Source: Macrostomum lignano
Taxonomy: Eukaryota
Direction of reading: 5' to 3'
DNA: 64,000 nucleotides
Assembly: GCA_002269645.1 (NCBI GenBank)
Contig: NIVC01001014.1
Span: 248,001-312,000, forward strand
Part shown: in pieces, positions 11,676-22,132 of the stretch
Layout of the letters: each line of letters opens with the position of its first letter
Position numbering within the stretch: position 1 is the stretch's first letter
The notes under the pieces: generated by a model
Told to the model about the DNA's origin: nothing
Seen by the model: only the letters and a program-made list of their open reading frames with translations
The model's database searches: none
Made by a program: the position numbers and the translations under genes

Positions 11676-12415
11676 TGTGATATATCTAGTTTCGGGATTA
11701 ATTATCGATTTGGGAGGGAACGTAATTTATCAAGAAATTATCGGTCGCACTCTATCAGACCATCTCAGGGTACCGCTCTTCGGCTGGACAGTATAAGCAG
11801 TATAGCCTTAGCCCTATTATCGCAGCTACCGTGAGTATAAGTTATTTGGGACTATGTGTCAGCGGAAATAGAGGGACCAGTCACTCCACTCCGCCTGTTA
11901 GGAGTTCGCGGGCGTTGAGCCGATTTATTCCGCGCCAGACGCTGAGTCATTTATCGGTCAAAAGTCCAAGTGAATCATAGTCTGCAGTCGGACAAAGACC
12001 TAGAGAGACAAAGAGCCTCGCGGAAATCTAGAGTCCCCGCGAGACATAGCCCAAGGAAATTATAGGGCACGCGAGACGATCAGCCCATTAATTCCGTTCG
12101 GCACTAGATTTCGACATATCCGCGATAGACTACTTGTTAGTAGCAAAGTCGGAACTAGATTAATAAATAATTCCGGACAAGACTATATATATTTAAAACC
12201 TTTTATATTTGGTGTCATTAGCGTTGGGATTTGATCCAAGCCGTGAACCTTTTAATACGAGTAATTTCCGACCTTTTACATTTGGTTTGCAGCGGTGGAA
12301 TTCAGTAAGTAACACCGTCAAGTTCAATACCTTTGAGGGCTATTACATTTGGTGTGGAATCAGCGTTGGAATTAAAGTGAATTGAAGTTTCAATAACTTT
12401 TAAGGCCTTTTCACA
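11676..12415 (+). mobile_element. Probable solo LTR (740 bp) ending in three PBS-like units
   Basis: Termini TGTGA...TCACA; TATA-like TATAAG at ~11792; AATAAA at ~12162; flanks CTTT/CTAT (imperfect 4-bp TSD); no ORF. Confidence 0.5.
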
Positions 12416-12557
12416 CTATATTAATAATTAAGTTATACGAACTATAAAGTATCTGTATATAAAGTTTAAGAACGAATTTATTTGCATAATTACGAATGAG
12501 TTAAAATATGCGCAACAATAGCAGTAGGGTATGGATCGAAATGAAAATAATATTAAA

Positions 12558-12590
12558 CTAGCTATCTGCCCCGCCCCATGGGGGACCAAT
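12558..12590 (-). mobile_element. Helitron-like 3' terminus on the minus strand
   Basis: Reverse complement reads GGTCCCCCATGGGGCGGGGCAGATAG-CTAG-TTT, the same architecture as 10091 and 42915. Confidence 0.45.
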
Positions 12591-12675
12591 AGATAATGAA
12601 AGTTGTAAAAAGTTTTGAATAACCTTCATACACCGCACGTATTGACCTTGTACACAGTACCTAGCTATTGCTAAT

Positions 12676-12925
12676 TGTTCTGTTGTTGAATTAACGAACG
12701 CAGAAACAAGATAGATAATTATCCGGTCGCTCGGTGGCACCAAAAGAAGGGGTTTGGCCAATAGGAGGGCGGCTCGTATATTTATGCACGCGGGGAAGGA
12801 AAGTTCTAGAAAGACCGGGGAAGGAAACTTCTGGAACTATGCGTAAACAAGTCCGCGGTGGAAGTTTCTAGAAACGCTGTCCCCGAACTACCCCTACGCA
12901 TCGCATGCCTTTGCAATACACAACA
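12676..12925 (-). repeat. 3' LTR of the Gypsy element
   Basis: 250 bp, TGTTCTG...CACAACA, direct repeat of 15100-15349. Confidence 0.95.
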
Positions 12926-12990
12926 TTCTTCCCCTCCTTCAAGGAGTCCAACAGTCCCCAAGCTTCACTTTAATCAGTCCCAGCGGCAGT

Positions 12991-15087
12991 TCATGAAGCG
13001 TATCGGCGGGTGCCTGGCTCGCTCAGATCGGCGGGGCGCTGCTGTTCTTGCCGGAGGCTCCGCCGCCGGTGCCGCCGGTGCCGCCGGTGCCGGCTCCGGT
13101 CGTTGGCGCCGAGTCCACCAGTGGGTCGAACCGCTCTCTCGGCTGCGCCGGGTGCGGCGTTCGGATCAGCCGCTGCTGGTTCCATCTGGTGCCGTCGCTG
13201 AGCTCGACCGCGTGGTGTCCCGCCTGATGGAGCACTTGTAGTGGCCGTGAGAGGCGGGTACCCAGCTTGCCCTTCTTGGTGGGCCGTCGGATTCTCACCC
13301 AATCGCCGGGGTGGAACGTCTCGGGGCGGGCCCTTCGTCTGGCATCGGTGTAGGCCTTGATCCGCTGCTGCCGCGCCTCGATTTGCTGCCGCAGTGCCTG
13401 AGGCGTCGCCTCGGTCGTTGTCATTCCCCCTCCGGGAGACAGCATGGTGATCGCGGTGCGCCACTTCCGACCCAGCATGAGCTCGGCCGGTGACTTGCCC
13501 GTCAGGCTGTGCTTGGAGCTCCGGTAGGCAGACAAGAAGTTGGTCACGGCGTCTTGAAACGGCCTGTTCTCCACCATGGCCGCTCTGATGCTGGCGAGTA
13601 GCGACCGATTGAGACGCTCCGTCTGGCCGTTGGTCTGCGGATGGTAGAGGCTGGTCTTGACGTGCCGGATGCCCTGCTCGGCCAGGAAGTCCGAGAACTC
13701 GCTCGATGATGCCGTCCTTCTCCATCTTGTCGAGTTCGGCACCGACCTGCTCCTGTCGCATGAGGGGCAGGCGGCGGAGTGGCTGCTGGACGGGTCGCGC
13801 TGCTGGGTCGACCTTGGGCTGGTGCACAGCGCCGGCGCAGCATCCTATCGCACCGCTGAAGGTCGTTGGGTACCGCGCCTGCAAGTCCGCCGTCAAGTCG
13901 CTGACCTCCGCGATTCCGGGCGGCTGCCCGCTAAGGTCGACTCGGAAGCCCAGCTTCTCCATCAGGTCTCTACCGACGATGTTGTCGCCGCCTGGCGCAA
14001 CGAAGAACCGGTGCTGCATCGCCTTGTCGCCGTAGCGCACCTCCAGCTCGGTGACACCACTTAGCTGGATCGGCAGTCCACCGTAGGCACGCAGCTTCGT
14101 CGTAGTGGGAGAGGTGACTGCACCTGAGATCCGGTCGGCGGTCTGTCGGGACAGCAGCGACACCCTTGCGCCGCAGTCCACCATCAGGCTGACAGCGGTC
14201 CTGTCCGGTCCGAGTTCCAGCGTCGCCCGGACCTCCCTGTCGCCACCCGGCACTGCGTAGACTGTGATCACCTCGTCCGCGGCATTGACAGCAGCCTGCT
14301 GGCTGCGACAGCAACTCCGGAAGTGGTTCTTCTTGCCACAGGCGTCGCAGGTCTTGCCCTTGGCCGGACAGGGGGTCGTCGGTCCGTGGTCTCGCCCACA
14401 GCGCGTGCAGGCGCCGCCGGGTTTGGCCGTCCTGCCAGCTGGTGCTGGGCGGTGCCTCCCCTTTGCAGCGACCTTCTGGCCCCTCGGCTGTCGGATCGAT
14501 TGGACGGCTGCCGTGCTCGAGGTTGATGGCGCCATCGCCTTGGCTTCTTTGGAGGCTTCCTCGATGGAGACCGCGATGCTGAGCGCTTTCGCCAGGTTGA
14601 GGTCCTCCACCTTCTCCGTCAGCAGCCTCTCTCGGATTCTGGGGTTACTGGTCTTCTCAGCCAGCTGGTCTCTGATGAGATCGTCCTGTATCGCGCCGTA
14701 GTTGCACAGCTCCGTCAGCTCCCTCAGGGCTGCCACGAAGGTCTTGACGTCCTCGCCGGGTAGCTGCTGGCGCTGGCGGAAGCGATATCTGGCTACCATC
14801 ACGTTGGGCTTCTCGCCGAAGATCTTCTCGAGCTCCGCCTTAGTTGCTGCGAACGTGTCGTTCTCCTTGATTGCTTGGCGTGCTCGAGCAACCCGCTGAC
14901 CTTCAAATCCAAGCAGATGGAGCAGAAGGCTCTTCTTCAGCGGTTTCGCCTCTTCCTTCCCTTCGGGCTCCTTGAATTGGGCCGCCTCGTAATAAAATTC
15001 AAAGGCCTCAATCCATCGGCTCCATGGTACTGTCGGTGATCCGCAGTTCGCCAGGAAGGGCGTGGGTGCAGGGATGCTAGCCGCCAT
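12991..15087 (-). CDS. Gag-protease polyprotein with truncated RT start; the tail after ~13700 is out-of-frame integrase sequence
   Basis: Gag (W..FEFY, RYRFRQRQQLPGE, IRDQL); double zinc knuckle CTRCGRDH..CPAKGKTCDACGKKNHFRSCC (Mag-type); aspartic protease LMVDCGARVSLL; RT start PVQQPLRRLP...ELDKMEKDGIIE. Confidence 0.88.
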   Translation of the reverse strand: MAASIPAPTPFLANCGSPTVPWSRWIEAFEFYYEAAQFKEPEGKEEAKPLKKSLLLHLLGFEGQRVARARQAIKENDTFAATKAELEKIFGEKPNVMVARYRFRQRQQLPGEDVKTFVAALRELTELCNYGAIQDDLIRDQLAEKTSNPRIRERLLTEKVEDLNLAKALSIAVSIEEASKEAKAMAPSTSSTAAVQSIRQPRGQKVAAKGRHRPAPAGRTAKPGGACTRCGRDHGPTTPCPAKGKTCDACGKKNHFRSCCRSQQAAVNAADEVITVYAVPGGDREVRATLELGPDRTAVSLMVDCGARVSLLSRQTADRISGAVTSPTTTKLRAYGGLPIQLSGVTELEVRYGDKAMQHRFFVAPGGDNIVGRDLMEKLGFRVDLSGQPPGIAEVSDLTADLQARYPTTFSGAIGCCAGAVHQPKVDPAARPVQQPLRRLPLMRQEQVGAELDKMEKDGIIERVLGLPGRAGHPARQDQPLPSADQRPDGASQSVATRQHQSGHGGEQAVSRRRDQLLVCLPELQAQPDGQVTGRAHAGSEVAHRDHHAVSRRGNDNDRGDASGTAAANRGAAAADQGLHRCQTKGPPRDVPPRRLGENPTAHQEGQAGYPPLTATTSAPSGGTPRGRAQRRHQMEPAAADPNAAPGAAERAVRPTGGLGANDRSRHRRHRRHRRRSLRQEQQRPADLSEPGTRRYAS
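13023..13706 (-). pseudogene. C-terminal half of the Gypsy integrase (orphaned frame)
   Basis: SSEFSDFLAEQGIRHVKTSLYHPQTNGQTERLNRSL...YRSSKHSLTGKSPAELMLGR...FHPGDWVRIR; the HHCC finger and the first two catalytic Asp residues are absent. Confidence 0.88.
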
Positions 15088-15099
15088 CCTCGTCGCTAA

Positions 15100-15349
15100 T
15101 GTTCTGTTGTTGAATTAACGAACGCAGAAACAAGATAGATAATTATCCGGTCGCTCGGTGGCACCAAAAGAAGGGGTTTGGCCAATAGGAGGGCGGCTCG
15201 TATATTTATGCACGCGGGGAAGGAAAGTTCTAGAAAGACCGGGGAAGGAAACTTCTGGAACTATGCGTAAACAAGTCCGCGGTGGAAGTTTCTAGAAACG
15301 CTGTCCCCGAACTACCCCTACGCATCGCATGCCTTTGCAATACACAACA
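15100..15349 (-). repeat. 5' LTR of the Gypsy element
   Basis: 250 bp, direct repeat of 12676-12925. Confidence 0.95.
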
Positions 15350-17544
15350 CTAATTCTTAAGGAAAATGATGCTAAAAGCAAATTAAAAGCATCCGCACTG
15401 ACAGCTAGTAGCCAGCTATAGAGACTGATTTCGAAATATAAAATGAGGGGGGGCGGGTTTTAACCGGCCAAAACTGTGGGGCGCCATAATATACACTAGA
15501 GGCCGAGGAGCACCATAATACACTTAAGGGGCGCCACAAAACACTAGAGGGGTGTTGTGTATTAAGAGGTGACTAGAAAGTCAAACGGCCCTTTTCAGGG
15601 TCACCCTAAAGTAACTTAGCAGTCGTGGCTAAAAATAACTGGAAGCACAAATAAATATTCGAACTATGAGGAACACTATGATGCGGTCCAGTTTTCTAAT
15701 GCTAAAATAAAACCCCTCCGCCAGCGCGCGGAGTAAATTAATATTCTATCTCTTTGTTCCTACAGTGCACGTTTGGGACAAACCCACGTAAACAGCCCTA
15801 GGCTCGTTCTCTTGAGTTTCTCTTTCGTACAACAGAACACCCGGGCTGCATGAAAACACCTGGGGAAGCCCCTGGGTTCTGGCGCTGAAAGGTACAGCCA
15901 CCAGGCCTCGTCCCCATGGACTTTGTCCGCCTGTGGATGGTGCGGTAGCTGACGTTGCGGCCAAAATCCCATTGTCTATAGACAGCGGGCCCGGGTTGTT
16001 TGAAGGTACACGCCAGAGGCCACCACCACCAGCAGTCACCTGTGCAAGAGTTCATCCGGTAAAAGCTCCCATGAACGAGACGGGACTCCCGGTCTGTAAC
16101 AGACGAAGGTTCTTGACCCCAAACTGCATGTACTAGAAATGGCCCGTTAGGGACTCTATGCGTGGCATATAAGGACGTCTAGTCAAGTGTTGGAAACGAT
16201 CGGACTTTTGCATAGGGGGATCTTTTAGCTGGAGAGCGATAGCTAGACTACGATTCCCTCCTACGCGTAAGTCCCAGGATTCCAAAGGATTAGATAACGC
16301 CATATTAATGTTTTTTCCTATTGATGTAGCCGCAGCCTTCTGCTGCAAGCATAGGGCCGCAGTCACATCTTAGGTACTGCCCTGATGCTAAAAATCAAAA
16401 GTGTCATTTTTGGACTTGTTATTGTTGTTGATTGTTGGTTGTTTTGTTATTGATTACTTGTCAATAAGGTATACTCCATTTAATTAGATCACTATTCGCT
16501 GAGAGTTTATTGTTTCATTTTATGCGACTCGGGATCTACTAAATATACCTTGTTATTATAATTGAGTTATGGTTTACTTTTACGACTTAATTGTGTAATG
16601 CCTTTGTCTTAATCTCTTACTCACTTGATGCACTGTTAGCGATGAGTTATGATGCCACTTAGAATCGCACATATCGCTTTTATCGCTTTTTATCACCTTC
16701 CTCCAGGTCATTCAGTCATGCTCTCGTCCTACCCCTCTCTCTGTATCTCTACCTATTGTCCTATCTCCTCTCCTTTACAGTATATCACTCTTCTAATCTT
16801 TCATCACCCTAACCTACAGGAGTAGGGGGGAGATGGGGCGCATGAGGGCAGGAATCAGAGTTTTCGCAGACGGAAATCTTCATTATGAAGTTTATTAAGC
16901 CTTTAAATAGGCCTTTAACCCCCCATCCAACTAAATCCGCCCTGCATGTAATCCCACAAGGTGTAGTATATATAATGTTTGATGTTTGAATGTCTGAATG
17001 TTTGAAAAACTGCCAGCTATCACTGTGTCACGATTATTGATGTAGTGGCTAGCTATAGTTATGACCCTTAAAAGGGCCGTTTTGACGAGAGTTGCAGTAA
17101 GTCGTAGTTCCAAAATAAATCGAAGTCAATTCTTGCAAGCGGATTGTGTAGCGGAGCACTTGGCGATAAAGGCAGGGAACTGCCGTAGTTGTTTTTATTG
17201 TTGAGATCAATATTAGGATTGGTTATTACTGTCAATACACAAACTATAGCTTTCTGGGCACTGGCGGCTGCAACAATGGTTTTGAAGATAATTAGAATAT
17301 GAAGTCGAGTGGCAGACGAATGATGCAATGGCGACGCAACGTGATGAGCAATGGCGATGAGCACGGTGAAGGCAGTGAGTAGCAGTAGGCAGGCAGATGA
17401 GTAGTGGCGAGATTGGCATTAGCCGTGGCAGCACACAGTGAAGTAGTGTGTAAACAGGCTGGCCCAGACAGAGGGGCCGTGGCGAGAGATAAGGAGGCTC
17501 GAGGCAGCCAGACAAGAGAAGAACGCGAGAACCAGACACGAAGC

Positions 17545-17610
17545 CTAGAAGCCTAGAAGCCTAGAAGCCTAGAAGCCTAGAAGCCTAGAAGCCTAGAAGC
17601 CTAGACGCCA
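17545..17610. repeat. 8-bp tandem repeat (GAAGCCTA)n
   Basis: About 8 direct copies. Confidence 0.9.
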
Positions 17611-17944
17611 AGAAGTGAGGAGGCCCCCAGCCCGCCAGGCAGGGGTTAATAAAGGAGCGCAGAGGGGGGTAGCGCAAAGCACGAGTGGTTTTCATTGGCT
17701 GGCTAAAGAACTTAAAATTATCGATCGTGCAAGTTTTCTACGGTCGCATGAAAGGATAGCAAAGTACGCAGTGAATTAGCGACAGGTACAGACTCGCTGG
17801 GCATTACTACAAGTAAACGTTAAAATAAACGATTGGAGAAATTAAGATGAGAAATTGCAGAGGGACCGCAGTCCAACGGCCCTTTTGCGGGACCACCTTA
17901 AACTGGCAACGTCACAACTGAACCGAGAGAAGCTCATTTTTTAA

Positions 17945-18605
17945 TCTCAATCCCCGATTCTTAATGCCCTTTCCCTGAATCCTCATGTTGGAATCCGAAT
18001 CCACAATTCTTAACACCCTATCCCTGATTCCTCAATGTTGAAATCCGAATCCCCGATTCTTAATTCCCTATCCCTGATTCCTCATGTTGAAATCCGAATA
18101 CCCGATTCTTAACTCCCTATCCCTGATTCCTCGTTGGAATCCGAATACCCGATTCTTAACTCCCTATCCCTGATTCCTCATGTGGAATCCTAATCCCCGA
18201 TTCTTAACTCCCTATCCCTGATTCCTCGTTGGAATCCGAATACCCGATTCTTAACTCCCTATCCCTGATTCCTCGTTGGAATCCGAATACCCGATTCTTA
18301 ACTCCCTATCCCTGATTCCTCGTTGGAATCCGAATCCACGATTCTTAATTCCCTATCCCTGATTCCTCATGTCGGAATCCGAATCCCCGATTCTTAATTC
18401 CCTATCCCTGATTCCTCATGTTGGAATCCGAATCCACGATTCTTAATTAATTCCCTATCCCTGATTCCTCATGTTGGAATCCGAATCCACGATTCTTAAT
18501 TCCCTATCCGTGATTCCTCATGTTGGAATCCGAATCAACGATTCTTAATTCCCTATCCCTGTTTTCTCATGTGGAATCCGAATACCCGATTTCTAATTCC
18601 CTTTC
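17945..18605. repeat. Minisatellite, ~47-50 bp unit (TGGAATCCGAATACCCGATTCTTAACTCCCTATCCCTGATTCCTCATGT)
   Basis: About 13 tandem copies with small indels. Confidence 0.93.
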
Positions 18606-21078
18606 CCAGGTTGGGCATATGGCACCTTTTGCGAGAAACTTGAAAGACTGGATCTGCTATCATAATTCATAAGGCAGAGAGGAGCTTATGGCATCTTTTT
18701 CTAAATGTTTGAAAGACTGCCATGGTCACCTACGCAAAAGATTAACACCCCAAAGAAATTATTACAAATGAGCCTGAACTCTCCGCTGCCACAGGCATAG
18801 ATCTGGGGTCATGGATCATAGCCGACCTCAGGGCAAATTAAGAGATTGATTATTCTGTAAAATTAGTCAAATTTTAAATGGCAGGCAACAGAATTTAAGT
18901 TTAAAATTGATAGGTTATAAAAATAATATAAAAATTTTTAAAGGCAAAAATAAGCATTTTAATTTTTAAACGCATAATTATGTTTTTGATGTTCGGGATT
19001 TTTGTTTAACTATTTTGTTTGCCTTAGCAACTATACTACCGGTAGCATTTAGGGTACGAATTCAACTCTGAGTTTGCACCATACAAGATCTGGGTAAATC
19101 TCAAACACAAAAGTAAAAAATTTGACAAAAAATAAAAGTTCTGTGGCATGCAAAATAATGCTTTACCTCTGAAGATTAAACAATAATATAATAATTTTTC
19201 TTCTTAAAACCACAAGTTGGCCTGAATTTCAAGAAAGAATGCTGTTTGTTTTTTCGAAGGGTATTCTGACAACGATTAATACCGAAGATAAACAGTTTGT
19301 TCATTTAACATACAAAATTGTAGTTTTTGTTTTTTAGAGTTAAATTTCTATTGGTTTGTAGTATACACAAAATATTCTTTGTTTTTAAGCAACATTTTGT
19401 TATAAATTGAGGCTGTTTATAGTTACTTAATTTAACGTGCTAAGAATCTGCCTGATTTAATATAAACGGAATATACGGTACCTAAACCATTTTTTATATA
19501 TATATCGACAACATATCCCGTTGATGGACTGATAATGAACGGAGTTTATTATTGATGGCAATGAAACGATGCCAATTGGGTTATTTATTTTTACTAAAAT
19601 TTAATATGGCGAAACCTACAAATTCTGTAATATTCAGACTGACACCGATGGATCATGGATCTAGTATTCAACTTGAACATATTTTAATTAAGTAAATGTA
19701 TTGAATTTTCTTTAAATTACACGTTTGTCTCTTTAATTCAACTGAATCAACTTTTGCAGCTATCAAATTGCAAGCCATACCACAAAAATAACACCAATAC
19801 TTTCCCTTAATTTCTTGACAAAGAACTCGAAGCTGCTGTTCTCTCATACTGCTAAAAAGCTAGAAGTTAAAAAATATACTTATACATTTTACTTTTGAAG
19901 TTTTGACTAAGGTTTCCATCACTGATCAAATATATCGTCTGTAGAATGTAGATGTTTGTTTGTAAATTAAAGCAAAACAAAAAATTGCATGTATATTTCC
20001 CATTTCTACTTTAAAATGTGCAAGAAAAAACAGACTGAAACAGATACTTGAACTGCACTGGACTTATATAAAGAAGTGCAGACCATAAAAATGCAATGAA
20101 ATTAAAAGCGTACAGTTACTGGCACTAGGAAAATGTACAACAGTAAATAAAAGCCAAAAAGATACTGGCAAAAAGAAAAAAACAGAAAACTTACAGACTG
20201 AAAAATACTATACAAAGCAGATATGGCACTGAAAACTAAGAAAAATGTAAATGGCAAATGGCAAATGTTAAACTGGGAACTAAAACATATATATATGCTG
20301 AGAGAAAGGTAATACAGTATGCTAAGAGAAAGCAACAGATGTACAGGCCAGGATAAGATGCAACTGACAGTACAAATACAGTATATAGGATTTCAAACTC
20401 TTACATAGATGTGTTAGTTTTTATGCCCAACACTGTAACTACACAGTGCACATGTGAAACAATGTGCATGTGTGGCATTTGGCATTGGCCCAGCCTAGCA
20501 ATTCTTTCTACCCTCATGACTGCTATGCCACCATGGCCAACACTCCCTTCTTGCACTGTACTATAGAGATACATATAAATATATTCTATTATCATGCAAT
20601 ATCCACTTTTATTCCAGACAAGAAATGAATTTTGAAGTAAATTTGTGTATTGTAGAAAATAGAAACCATATAAGAATGAGGTATTATCATCTTAATGTTA
20701 TCTGGTATCAATTTAAAGAAAATAACTGTAGAAATTTTAGGAATGTCTACATTGAAAATTGCCAAAATTTACAAATAGACAGATAGACTCTCACTTTGTA
20801 TTTTTGTAAATGAATACCAAGATAGCAGAGTACAATTGAAAATGACTAAATAGAAATAATAGATATGGCATTCAAATTGCAAGGTAAACATATACTGCTA
20901 CACACAGATATTGAGATATAAATACAAATAGAAGTAGATAGATTGTGCTTCCTAATTATGAGTAAAAAGGCTTTCTAAGGTGTCATTAAATACAATAAAA
21001 GTATGCAATACCAGGATTCTTTTTGCTTTCTCCTAACCATGCAATCTGTTTCTAAGGGTTCCTGTTCCTGCCATACCT

Positions 21079-21523
21079 ATTGTCTTTTGCTAGCCCAAAT
21101 AGGCATTCAAATATGATAACATTAGAGGAATATATTAAATACATTGGCAAAAACAAATTAGAATATTTCTATGGATTACCAAACATTAGAGCTCAAAATA
21201 TACACATAAGATCAAAATTGAATATCATTACAAGCGAATTCATCAAAGATTTTCATACAAAAATAAACAAACTGCTTACTTAAGTATGTTAGTTGGCTAT
21301 AAATGGTAAAAACCCATATAATGAACTTAATAAGGTCTATACTTCTTTAGTAAAATCACAAGAACATGCAATAAAAAACTACTCTTTGTTTAGTATTTTT
21401 CTAAATAATAACAAGTTTTGGGAACATTTACATGCTTATGAGCTGAGTAAACTTACACCTTACAGGAAATTTTGTGCTCATAAAAAAAGTCAAAATGTAA
21501 CATCAATAGGCATAAGTAAGTAA
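21079..21523 (+). pseudogene. Possible degenerate Penelope-like reverse-transcriptase relic
   Basis: EYFYGLPNIRAQNIHIR resembles the PLE motif YFYGLPKIHK..P.RP, and downstream EHAIKNYSLF resembles (H)IKNSFEF; interrupted by stops and very AT-rich. Confidence 0.35.
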
Positions 21524-22132
21524 CAATGCATTGACAGTCGCAGATAAAACAAAATAACAATATTTAAAATGTCTCTGAAAGAATGAATCACTAAAGATCA
21601 AAATGTTTGGCGTTGTTTATCAGAAAACCTACACCTTACAGGAATTTTTCAACAGTAGACAAGTGTCATGCAATTAAGACAGGGCTAAATAAGTTCATAA
21701 ATATTGAAAACACAGCCGTAAAATATCCACAAGCTCACAGATAAAGGTTTTCCCCTATATTTTCAGTCATTGTCCCATAGACAAAAATAGTACACGTACA
21801 CAAAAGAGCGTTATGAAACAAAAAAACGTACTTAAAGTACAAGTCAGAAAAATACGTTTTCGGTCGCTATCGCCACGATAAAAGCATAAGCTCTGGCTAA
21901 AAGTTTAAAGACACATTTTTCAATCAGTTTTTTATAAATAAAAGTTCAATTTATGTACAAATACTTCTGGTTTAACAATTAAATTCATGCTGAAAGAAAA
22001 AAAATTGTTTATAACTTACGTATATTTCAATTTGAGATTTACCCATCTATGTCCAATGCATTTTATACAGGGACTGAATTTCTGAAAGAGTTTCGAGACG
22101 GCCTGCTTCGGTAAAATTGTCAGACCGTTATG

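Larger units (their letters stand above)
12676..15349 (-). mobile_element. Ty3/Gypsy (Mag-like) LTR retrotransposon, internally deleted (RT, RNase H and N-terminal integrase missing), recent insertion
   Basis: Two 250-bp TG...CA LTRs with no differences seen by eye; TSD CTAAT at 12671-12675 and 15350-15354; PPT AGGAGGGGAAGAA next to the 3' LTR; PBS-like TTAGCGACGAGGAT after the 5' LTR; gag-protease-truncated pol inside. Confidence 0.95.

Noticed and set aside
12991-13700. C-terminal ~240 aa of the 698-aa ORF as a novel protein domain
   Set aside because: It is the alternative reading frame of the integrase remnant created by the deletion.
12858-14899. Overlapping plus-strand and alternative-frame ORFs in the retrotransposon
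   Set aside because: Shadows of GC-rich gag-pol coding sequence with no recognisable motifs.
15730-16400. GC-richer block with several short minus-strand ORFs
   Set aside because: No recognisable domain, splice pattern or ribozyme core; left unassigned.
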